Below are positions 11,743-23,132 of a stretch of 64,000 nt of DNA, in pieces. This DNA is from Azolla caroliniana (lineage: Eukaryota > Plantae > Polypodiophyta). Positions within the stretch are counted from its first letter, which is position 1. The number at the start of each line of letters is the position of its first letter. Under the pieces are notes generated by a model, which saw only the letters and a list, made by a program, of their open reading frames with translations, was not told the DNA's origin and did not search any database. Both the position numbers and the translations under genes were made by a program. The stretch lies in NCBI GenBank assembly GCA_043228905.1, contig JBHGNT010000004.1, forward strand, positions 2,728,001 to 2,792,000, given 5' to 3'.

Positions 11743-14435
11743 ACCTCATCCTCAGTGAAATCCGCATCCAATTCATGACTAATGAGGCCATGCACAATAC
11801 ATCCAACCACATCATAAAACTCATGACGTGCTCTACTCACCTCATTTGTCATTAACAATTGTGGGTCAATCAACTTCTTAAAATAATGAACACATACATG
11901 TCAATTATTTTAGTAGGATCCACTATCCATTCATCACCTTGCTTCATATGTACCACATTAGATCGAGTATAAGTAGGATGTAACGCTTGGAAAAACAAAT
12001 GGGATTGACATTGATTCTCTATGAGCCCATCCCTCAATTGTCGCATATTCGCATAATGATAACTTTGGCATTGCAACTGAGAAATAATAACATGCAATTG
12101 ACTTTGGATATCCAAAAGCTCCTCATCTAAAGGTACATGTATCAATAATGTATTACACCTAGAGAGAACTTGTGAGAATTTTAGAAGAAAACCTCTTCTT
12201 CGTTGAGCATTAGTTACTCCATACATACGATGAACGATCTTAATATTTCGTAATGTGATATCCCATGCTTTAACTCCTTTAAGATTCACTTCTTATGAAA
12301 AATTTACCAAAATTTGCTCCATGAGAGAATAAAAGTGAGGTTGAAGCAAAAGAGAATAGTTAAAGCGTAATGGAGGCTTTCCAAGTAAGGATTTATACAT
12401 GTCAATTGCATGACCACAAATCTCCAAACAAATAGGAAAGTGATCTGAAGTTCCTACATCTTGTAAATTTGCCATACGGAGTGATGTCGGTAAAAAAGAA
12501 TCATTGTGCATCACATACATTCTATCTAACCGACTCCATGTTTGTCTATGTTGAGCGGATTGGAAAGTAAAACCTGGATCATTCCCATGCAACCATGTCC
12601 AAACATCCAACTTCAAAACCTCCATAGCCAATGAATCCCAAGCAAGTTGCTCAGGATCATACATGATTGAATGTTCAGACGTAGATTGAGATGCATCAAC
12701 ACACATGTTAAAATCACCCATAAGTAATCCTGGGCGACCCACAGATAGGGTTTGACAAAGTGAGACCCATAATGCAATATGTTGAGTGGCTTGGTTAGGG
12801 TCATAAATCCCAACCACCCACACAACCTTGCCAAAAAAAGTGATTTCTAGAACCAAAAACCGACCATAAGGATCATTATGCACCACCTGAAAAAAATACT
12901 TATCCCGCACGATTAATACCACACTTGAATAATGATTATTAAGATGTCCTGCATAGAATGATGAATATCCACGCAAATGAACTGTGGATCCTGCTAACTC
13001 ATGACACTTATGCTCAACTACACATAATATATCCCATTCCTTACTTAATAAAGTTTGCAATAATATATACTTCTTATGAGGAGAATATCCATAACAACCA
13101 CCATATCTGACACACCAACATCTCTCCCAACTCCTTCCTTACCATTCCCTTCATTAGGAACCTCTATAGTTGAAGGACAATGACGATGGCATTCCGCCAT
13201 AAAGTGACACCATTCACCACATCCAAAACAGTGACCCACAAATGTCTCCCAGTTCAATTTAAAACAAAGTCTTTTCATTCCAGGTGTGTTCATACGATCC
13301 TGGTCTCTTACGACTTGTATCCCATAACACACAAAATCTACACTTATTTGTAGCATTTGCATGTGGAGATACCAACACTTTACCCATTTGACTCATCAAC
13401 TCTGGTAAAAGTGGCCATAAAAAAGCATGCTTACAATCCATTGTTACCCAAACAGGGCATTCTTGTTTCAGCAAAGCATTATAGTCCACAACAGGGGATC
13501 ATTGCATTACAACACTGGAACTTTAGCCAACAGTGCACTTCGATGTTCTGGTGAACGAAACACTACATAAAACCCTCGTGGTCCTACATATATATTTTCA
13601 ACACAATTTGGTGACACGATTGTGTTCAACCATTGTTTAATCCAATTAATGTATGGGAGTTTCCCAGTAAAAAACAATATAACTGCACGATCATAGAATA
13701 CATCAAAAGATTGCAACACTACCTTAGCATCAACATCCTTATCATTGCATTCTTTCGTTGCATTTTCATTTTCTTCTACAATATCAAACAATAAGGTATT
13801 GGCAATTCCCCATAAAGTATCCCAATTACAATTATCCTTGTCAACCTCATCTACATGTATTACTTCGGCATATGTCGCTTTTTTCTCATTAATTTCCTCA
13901 ATGACCTTAAACCTCTTAGAGCTTCCAATGTCTTCCCTTTCACACATTACATTCAACCATCATATTACTCTTTTTTGGATCAATTGTTTCCATATCGATG
14001 TCCCCCACAATTTGAAACACGTTCGCGTTCACAAGTGGAAGGATCGCGCATAAATGGAAGGATAAGGGAAATTTTGGTTGATTTTAGGGCTTTTTCAATG
14101 ATTTTACAAAACACATTGATACCAGTATGATACATGTTCAAACATACTATGAAAAAGGTTAAAAATCCACTATTTTCGTGATTTAGAAGTAACTAAAAAA
14201 AGACGAATTTCAAAAAGTTACATTCTCAATTTATATCACAAACTTTACAAAATGTTATTTTATAAGAAACGATTTTTTAGAAATCATAAGAATTCAAAAC
14301 ACATGCTTTTATATTACTTGATTTGTTACAAGCGGAATGTAGTTACACTTAATAGCCAAATATACATTCATGATCACTCCTTTACGGAGAATCACTACTA
14401 TAACTAATATACAATGAAGATTCCTCCTCGTCATC

Positions 14436-17159
14436 CTAGGATGTACCAATCAATGCATTATCTTCGTCATAAACCAAATGGTTTGACTCTAGATTATATG
14501 TAGCAGATCTTGTTTGCCTTTGACTCGACCCACCTTGTAGTCCTGGTAATTTTTCTTTTATTATATCTATTGTTGACTTCCTTAATCGTCCGGCTTTTGT
14601 AAGTGTGAAGTCGTACATGATGATATCCACATCAGAGATATCAAGGGTTGAGGTGTTACGAATGTTTCGCTTCCTCTTCCTACCTCCCCTTCTTGTTGGG
14701 CATTCAATCATCTCCAATGTATACTTACCTGTAAAAGCATTTGCACTTCTAGTGTTGTACCAATGAACATTTATAGACTTGATCGTGTTTTCTATTTCAT
14801 GTATTAGCACTTCTAGAATTTTACCAACCCAAAATTGGTGGCCATGTGAGTTCTCATCAGTCGGTGTTGCAATCAACATCCCCGCGGTGAGCTCTTGCAA
14901 ATTGCCTTGCCATCTAGCTTCGGCTGCTTTGGTCATCCTTGGTCCCACATAAATGTCTCTTTGTTGTGGATGGACTAAGCTGTCATTAATCGCATTTGCC
15001 AGTTGCTCCGGAGTTCTATTTACGCGATCATGTTGCAGCGACCATGTGAATGGCGTTTCCAAATTCCAATTATCACCAGATATACAATTGTCTATAATTC
15101 CTTTTTTATCACTATAAAATACATCCCACCATGACGTGTCTTGTTGTGCGGCATATTTCTTGGTGGCCTCAATATGCTTTCTCTTTTCTTCTAAGGCTTG
15201 GAGCCATGACCGTTTTTGTTCTGATACCAAGTCGCTCTCCAACTGTCCTTTCTTCTCAATTGGCATTTGCTTAGCTCCATGGACAATTGTACTCGGCATA
15301 CAAAGTCATAACTGGAAACCACCTTCAGGTTCCCATGTTGTAGAAGATGAATATTGTTTAGCATACAAAAGTGTAGAACCACTTATTCCATTTTTCTTTA
15401 TCATAAAAATGTGATTGAAACTTATATTGTTTAACTGAGCAAGCACTTTAACATTCCCACCACCCCCATCTGATATATATCTCTTAAAGTCATATACCTC
15501 CTTCAAGTGTAACACTTTTGGGCGTGGTGTATATGCATCACAAATGACATCAAATAGTTTAGGTAAAGTGAAAGCATCATGCTGAGACAACTGTCTAGAG
15601 AATGTGCTAAACATCTGATCTATATGGTCATGTGTGTGGCCAACCAAAAGAAAATTGACTTTCACTTTCCTAAACAATTCTTGGTTGACCAACATACTTA
15701 GATAGCCAAACACAGTTGAATTTTTGTTCTCTCTAGCAGTATTGTCCAATTGAATGTATAGAACAGGGGGGAAAGGTTGGCCCCAAGACATCAAAACTCG
15801 GTGAATGACTATAACTGTTAGGTTAGGGTCATTGTGAACATTGGGGTATGTAATGAAGACGTGAGGTCCAACAGACCTATTATAAGCCAATCATCCCACC
15901 AAGTGCATTTGAAGGCACTCATCATTGACATCTTTGGGGAGCCTCCGCATATGCGGCAAGCACGTCTTCTTCTGGTCCATGCCATCTATCATTAAGCACA
16001 TGTATTGTTCAGACCTCTTCAAACACTTCTCTCTATGATGCATCGCCTTCTTTTGTTCTAATGATTGTGCCTCACGATGCTCTTGTAGTAACTTCTTACT
16101 CATATCCTTTTCCATTGATGTCTTTGCACCTTTAGCCAAACTTTTAAGATTTGCACAAATGGAGCAATACCCCATACGTACTTTACGAGGAATGATAACA
16201 TTTGAAAACCGAGCTCTCCATAATCTTGTGAATTGGCTATAGGTGATAGACTTATTACGTGAGCCCAGCATATCAGATCGATAGACATCACAAACTTCCC
16301 GACGTGTATATTTATCAGAAAGGTGCATCCTACCTATGGTGGGCATTACTTCACAATTTAACTGAAAGTAAGTTTTCATCCAACCAATAGCATGTCTTCC
16401 AATTGCACCTTTCATACTTGGAACCTCTTTACAATTGAGCATCTGATCCCCGCTAAGTAGATGTTATTGTACTCTATGTAGCCGCATGTTACTAACACAT
16501 AACGCAATTTTGAATGCAACTCTACATATCTGTTGCACATGGAAGATATAATACTCGAATGATACTTTGATCCCCGTACATTTGTCACATACTAGTTGCA
16601 TATGTGACCTGAGGTAAGTGTCTTGCTCATCACCGGTCATCGAAAAATAGTATCGCCTTAATTCTCGCAACTTTGATTTTCCAATCATAGACATACAACC
16701 ACGGGCACAACATATTTTTTTGACATCAAATCAAATCTGTTTATCTGATGTCACCAAGCTAAATCTAGCCATACGAATTCTTCGTGGGATTCTTCTAATA
16801 TGCATAGGGCTCCCAGATTTCTCTTCCTGCATAGAGGTTGGTGTAACCTTGTTACAATCTAATTCTTTGTTGTGACCATCGCCAATGTTATTCAATGTTT
16901 CCTTGGCACTACCTTCATTCTCCGTATCTTTATTAATATCGTATTCTTCAATAGAGAACTCTTCACATGTGTCATTATTTACATTCCCTGTAGATGAGCT
17001 CAGACAATATTCTTTGATAGAATATGGTGAGTCTGTCGACAGACAATATTCTTCAATAGAATATGGTGAGTCTGTCGACAAACAATACTCTTCAGTAGAA
17101 AACGATGAGTCTGATGACAAACAATATTTTTCAATCGAGAACGGTGAATCTTCACTCAT
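14436..17159 (-). pseudogene. Sola-like DDD transposase (~900 codons, intronless) with four in-frame stops
   Basis: ORF-track pieces 16731-17159, 16464-16694, 15891-16442, 15306-15890 and 14436-15299 all share one frame. Motifs YCSIC, MIDGMDQKKT, IQLDNTARENKN, FLLVGHTHDHIDQMFS. The superfamily call is from motif recall. Confidence 0.82.
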
Positions 17160-17862
17160 GGCTTAAGGTCTAGATAGGGCTCTGTAAGTTATGTGCTTAG
17201 GGTAAGGAAAAAAACTAATAAGCTCCTCTCTAAACATATACTCCTCTCTAAACATAAACTTCTCTCTAAACAAAAGCCAAATCAATACAATGTCTATATT
17301 ATGTAATATTATATTAATACAATACATAAAAAATTTATTTTTAATATAGTAATTGTATTTAAAATATCAATTATTATTTAAACTACATCTATATGAAGTT
17401 AAATCAAGTATAATATAAATCTAATCATTACCAAGCCATAAATATGTTAGATTAATGTTAAAATCATTGGCTAATTAACGGCACCCATATTTGATATAGA
17501 ACCTCTCACTCATTGGTTCTTTAATGCTCACCATTTTAAATATTAGAATTATCAATCATTGATTAATTCATGCCCACATCTTTAATACCAAGCATTTGAG
17601 AGTCATAAAAATTGTTGCTTTTAGTAATCAATCATTGGTACATTCATGAACCTCTATCATTGTCTCCTTCATGACCTTTGAAGTCATTGTAGGTTGTTAT
17701 GACTATAAAAGATTGATCAATATGTTAGTTTGACTTTGTAATCATTAATGCAATCATAAGTTACTCTAGTTAATGTGATTGTGGTTACCAACTAACTATC
17801 CTCAAACTTACCAACCTTGGTTAAGGTGACTATGGCTTACTTTAACAAATGTGGTCAATCCC

Positions 17863-17870
17863 TATAAATA
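17863..17870 (+). promoter_or_regulatory. TATA box of the ParB-MTase gene
   Basis: CCTATAAATA ~140 bp upstream of AACCATG at 18006. Confidence 0.6.
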
Positions 17871-18087
17871 GGAAGACCTCGTCATATTTCACTCACAAGA
17901 GCACACAAGAGCGTACAGAGCGTACAGAGCACACAGAGCATACAGAGCACACAAAGCACAAAGCACAAAAGCGCGATCTCCGCCTCCACTACCACACGAT
18001 CAACCATGTCTTCAAAGAGAATCGAGCGCGAGGACTCCAGGTAGGCCTCTGACACTGTGGACATTTTTGTAAATATGTTTTGTCGCT

Positions 18088-18170
18088 CAAGAACTCGATA
18101 CGGCGTATCGAGTTCCTATTTTGTTTTTTGCTTTTTAAACAGGAACTCGATACGCCGTATCGAGTTCTTG
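18088..18170. repeat. Perfect 30-bp inverted repeat whose arms each contain a 25-bp palindrome
   Basis: CAAGAACTCGATACGGCGTATCGAGTTCCT (18088-18117) is the exact reverse complement of 18141-18170. Confidence 0.95.
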
Positions 18171-20995
18171 TTTAAAGTGTAGGCCCTGAAAGAGAAAATT
18201 TGTGTTTTTGGGGCAACAATTAATTATTGTGTGGAAAAGATATCAAATTGTCTGTCAAAATCAGTCTTTTTTATGTTGACTTGCCTTACTTTTAAAAAAA
18301 AACATGCCCTAATTATAGGTGTTTTATGACCTACTATAGCTTAAAAGAGTAGAAAATAACCCACAAATTACCTTTATGATAGCAAATTCTCCTCAATATA
18401 GGTCTGGAATCATTATAAGTCATACCTCCTCTTTAAAAGAATATATAACCCTGTTTACTTATTACGATATATATTTTCTAGTTTGAATAGCCCTGCCTAG
18501 AATAGATTTTTGAATATAGGACTACCATGTACTTTGAATGCATGATTGATATTTTCACTTCACCACTAATCGCTTGCTAGTGAGAACCGTTCTTCATCTA
18601 CTTATTTATATTTTAATATACAACCTTAATCTACGTGACCACCTAACTTATGTTTTTGCATGTACTTTCTTAGATAGGTCATTTGAGAACTTGTCGGACC
18701 GACCCGTGAAGAAAATAAAGCTTCGCATATAGGGTTCTCCAATCGAAGCCCAGACCAAGGTAGCTCCTGAGTCCATGAAGAGAGGAAAAAAGCTTCTCTT
18801 CAACGAGGAGACAAAATCTTAACCACACATTGACATTAGCCAAAAGAAACTTGTAGCCACTACTAGAGGTGAAGACCTTCCTGACCGTGATCTAACGGAC
18901 AAGGAATGGTGTATGCAATATGTCGACTCAAAGAAAAAAGTCGTATTGTATACAACAAAGAAGAAGGGGGAGGGGCAGCTTGGAAAGGAAACCCCATTTA
19001 TGTATGGCCGTATTCTACGATTTGACTACGAAGATGCAGATTCGGCCAACATACTGGTAATGATAGAGTGCTCCAAGGGGGTACGTAAAGTGTTCCTTTC
19101 AGAAGATCTTTTAGTAAAGGAATCTTGTGGGCCAGAAGCGTTTAAAAAAGATCTTGAAAGGTCACAAAACCTTATTGTTACCTTGAGGCCTTATATACAA
19201 GGCCATGTAACTCTAAGAGATGAAGTGCCCTCCCCATTGAAGGCCACAAAAAGGGTATCCAAAGTCCAATCAAGACCACCAAAGAAGAAGACAACCAAAA
19301 TGTCGGACTCTGATTCAACAAGTGAAAACGAAGAGGAGGACAATAAGGGGACGCTAGGAGCTGAGCTAGCATCGGGTGTTTTGTCATCCGAGCAGAATAA
19401 GAGAAGGAGAGAGTTAATGCAGCGTAAATTGGTCAGGAAAGGGCAAGTGTTTAATTTGCCTATAACACACATCCATCGGCCCCCTATTGATGAAAAAACA
19501 GGTCGACGACCACTTGAGATTAGAGAGCCACACCGCATGCATGTTCAAAATCTCAAGAAAAAAATGAAAATTAATCCTCATGCCACTGTGGTGCCTTTTA
19601 TTGTTATGGTAGATCCTGAAGAATGTGAAACCATTGAAGATTTTGATATTAAAAAGTATGATCAATATAATTACTTTGTCATTGGTGGATCGCATTCAGC
19701 GGAGGCACGTCGGCAACTTGTGAGAGAACATCCAACGACTTTCTTCTTCAAGTATGCCGAGTGCAAAATTTATGTTGGGCTCACAACCGAAGAGGCTAAG
19801 CTGTTGGCATGGGACCATAATAATGATAATAACTATAGGCAGAAAATGTCGTCCATTGAGCGTATACGGTTCTTCCACCACGAGTATTTGGACGTGAAAC
19901 AAAAGTTTGGTGTGAAGTTACATCCAGGCCTACGACGTCAATGTCTGCATGAAGTCGGCATTGTTGTAGATGATAATGTTAAGTCCGATGGTCTTCGAAA
20001 ATATGAGTCTTGGTTTCAATTGGCATTTAGAGATGGAGAAGTGTGGAACCTACAAGATCAAATCTTCTCAATGTGGGAGAATAAGGAGGTAAAGGGTCAA
20101 CGACAAAAGAAATGTAAGGTTGACCCTCAACTAAAGTTAAAGTCACAAGCTGCCAAGAAAATTGACGTAACAATTGAAGAAGCGGCAAACAACATGAAGC
20201 TGTCTCTGTGGAGAGCAATGCAAGGTATTAAGGACGACCAACTTCTTGTGTCTGTTTTGTCAAGGGTTGTGGCGAAAGATTTAAGCCTTGAAGAAATGGT
20301 CAATGAGTTCAATAAGTAAGTCTTTGAAATACTGAAATTGTAGTCTATATGGTTTAATTCAAAGTTCTAATCTTGCTTTCTAATTTTATAGTCATAAGGT
20401 GTACATGAAGATCCAAGAAGTTATGATGAAACAACTTGGATGTATAACTTGGGAACAAGTGACCGAGGATTATCCTCTAACGTCTTCATATAAGGCGTTA
20501 TCAGAGTATTTTATTGCATTCAAGGATTGGGTTAGTATTGATGGTTTTTCATTATCCTTTCATCATATGTAGAGCTTGTATAATAATACTTGATGTCCTA
20601 TTGCTTCTATTAGAAACCATGTCGAGGCAAGAAACAAGGAGAAGTTAAGGATATACACGATTTCCCTACATCCTTCCTTGCACATCTCGAGCGAGCCAGA
20701 AAAGAAAAGGATCGTCTCTTAGTCAAGGTGTATGAAATGGAGGAAGATGGCTCCTTTAAAAAAATTAGCCACAAAAAAGATATTACGAGAGATCTTTACT
20801 ACAATGTGGTTTGCGGTGATGTCGTCGACTTGATCCAAAAGGTGCCAAAGAAGGAATATACGCTAATTATTGCGGATATTCCTTACGGATTTCGAATGGT
20901 TGGGTCATCATACGACGATGAACCGTTTAGGTTTAAACAATTGGAGAAGATGGTCAAGGATTTCGTTGAGCTAACGACTGCATCCTTGTGGCGAA

Positions 20996-21293
20996 TAGTT
21001 GTCTTTCATAGTATGGACCAAGGGTACTCGGTAGCTCAAGCTTTGAGATCTCGTTGCCATGGCATCGAGAACCTTGCATGGTAAGGATTATTTATAGGTG
21101 TCTTTCACTATATTGCATTTCTTAAGGTTGTTCAATCTATTCTTAGTTGTCTTTCATAGTATGGACCAAGGGTACTCGGTAGCTCAAGCTTTGAGATCTC
21201 GTTGCCATGGCATCGAGAACCTTGCATGGTAAGGATTATTTATAGGTGTCTTTCACTATATTGCATTTCTTAAGGTTGTTCAATCTATTCTTA
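20996..21293 (+). repeat. 148-bp tandem duplication of the end of exon 4 and the start of intron 4 of the MTase gene
   Basis: Identical text begins at 20996 and at 21144. Confidence 0.93.
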
Positions 21294-22956
21294 ACTCGAT
21301 GTATTACTTTTTATAGGATCAAGACCAATGTAAATAGAGGGCCAACTTTTCAGCTCATTAATGCCATTGAATACATCACGGTTGGCTACTTCGATGAAAT
21401 TAAGAAACAGAGAATCAAGGAGCATTCTAATGAAGTGGGAGGTTCAAATCTGTTGGTATATCCAGCAGTGACACGAAAATTGCGACATGTCACCACGACA
21501 GAACGGGGACTTGTCAACCCATATCAAAAACCTCAGCGACTTATGATGCGCTTGATCGAGATGTTTTCTATCGAAGGAGACTGGATATTAGATCTCTTTT
21601 CTAGCACAGGTATTCCTCGAACTAGGGTAACGATCTTGAGATAACCAATACCGAATCTTGTTTGTTTGACAACTAAATCTTCTTGTTACTTACTTCACAG
21701 GAACGACGTCTGCATGTGCATTGAAGCTCTTTAGAAATACAGTTGCATTGGAGAAGGACGAGGAGCAGGTTATATTTATTAATATGCGGATTAAGGCTTT
21801 GTGGGAGTGCCCAGACCAGGATGAGGAGGTCGGTGCAAAGAACCTCGCTAATACATAAAGGTTTCAACCTGCTTCGCGAGAGCCTATTCCTCCGTTAGCC
21901 GGCGAACCGGGGGAGCTAATAGAGCTTGATGATGAGCTTATAGAAGATATTTCGTTGGCTTGGCTAACAGGGGAAGCCAATGCACGTATAGCCGAAGAGA
22001 GTTCTACAGAAGATGATGAAGAAAATGACGTTGATGAATTGATTGCTATATAATAGACTCTATGAAGAAAATGACACTGAATACAAATTTTGGGTTTTAC
22101 CTAGTGGATTCTATTCTTTATAATCTTCTATATGTTGTAATTTTATTTTTATATACTTGGTTAGTAGATTTATGACATTGGTTTCACCGCGTGCATAGCT
22201 GACTACCAAATTTATGGAGAAACATGAATTAGTTTAAATTGAGGCTGATTTTGGTCCAAGCTAACCTTAACAGAACATGGCCCTACAATTGTTGCCATGA
22301 TTGTCTAGTTGTTATTATGGATCTTTGTCTTCTATTGTTAAAACTATTATGTTTCTATTCCATTGCTGCTTAGATTGTGTAGTGTGTTGATAATGGTTCC
22401 ACTTGCGTTATCGTTCGGAGTTTGATCCTGTGTGAATCACCTAAGCAATAGAGTAGATCAATTTTAAATACAGGTATGAAAGCACTAGTATCACATGTTC
22501 CTCAACTAGTGCATCCAATTTTTGTAGAGAGGGTGTATTTGCTTCGTTTTAAGAAGATTCTACAAGTGGAATGCGCAATCCTTCCACTTGTGAACGCGAA
22601 CGTGTTTTGAGAAGAATTCATGTTTATATCCATTATTCTTGATGTGATAGTCATCCAGGATAATAAAAGATTTCCATGAACAAGAAAGACAACCGGAACT
22701 CACCCGATTGAAGAGGTCGAAGATGATGAATACAATCGAAGACCCGCAATGTGTGTTAAGTATGTGGATGCCAACAACACAAGATTCTTTATTTTAATCG
22801 TTGCTTCTCATGCAGAGCACCAAATTTAACTTTCTATATCTCGTTACGAAGCTCTAATCGAGGGCTTTCCAAGCAAGTCTTTATGCTCGATTCCGTTACC
22901 GATAGAGAGCGCAACAATAAAAACAATTTCACTTTTTCTTCCCTTCTCCAGTCTTG

Positions 22957-22958
<2 letters not shown>

Positions 22959-23024
<66 letters not shown>
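22959..23024. repeat. (CT)n microsatellite
   Basis: Direct reading. Confidence 0.97.
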
Positions 23025-23029
<5 letters not shown>

Positions 23030-23132
23030 GTTCCACATCATCTTTTTCTCTTAAGTACTCATAGTACTCATCCTCCTCTACCTCTAGTACTAATTCCTTC
23101 TCCGTCTTTAGTATTATTCCTAATGGCGTACT

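Larger units (their letters stand above)
3536..14015 (-). mobile_element. L1/Tx1-type LINE (ORF1 + APE-RT ORF2), degenerate, 3'-truncated and interrupted
   Basis: ORF1 pieces at 13045-13956 with knuckle CFGCGEWCHFMAEC. Endonuclease at 12293-13060 (MGDFN, SRLDRMY, SDHFPI). RT at 3693-4729 (KSPGWDG, WRPISL, LDLEKAYDHVNW, RQGCPISPLLF). The reading frame ELDADFTEDEV/DTVLRQ joins across the LTR-element insertion. Confidence 0.92.
18006..22053 (+). pseudogene. Six-exon ParB/Srx-like domain + beta-class N6A/N4C DNA methyltransferase fusion (~974 codons)
   Basis: Exons 18006-18040, 18678-20315, 20392-20530, 20614-21080, 21317-21609 and 21701-22053; all introns GT-AG with matching phases. ParB-like YFVIGGSH...EEAKLLAWDHN...MSSIE. 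MTase GDVVDLI, IIADIPYG, AWIK, IEYI, NPYQKP, WILDLFSSTGTT...ALEKD. Premature stops at 18730, 18820 and 21856. Confidence 0.85.
14016..22606. mobile_element. 8.6-kb TIR DNA transposon (Sola-like DDD transposase) carrying a ParB-like/DNA amino-methyltransferase gene
   Basis: 36-bp TIRs AACACGTTCGCGTTCACAAGTGGAAGGAT(C/T)GCGCAT at 14016-14051 and 22571-22606 with 1 mismatch. Flanked by TTGA at 14012-14015 and 22607-22610. Contains two divergent genes and interrupts the start of LINE ORF1. Confidence 0.92.

Noticed and set aside
18006-22053. ParB/MTase gene as bacterial contamination
   Set aside because: It has five GT-AG introns, a TATA box, and is enclosed in a TIR element nested in a plant LINE.
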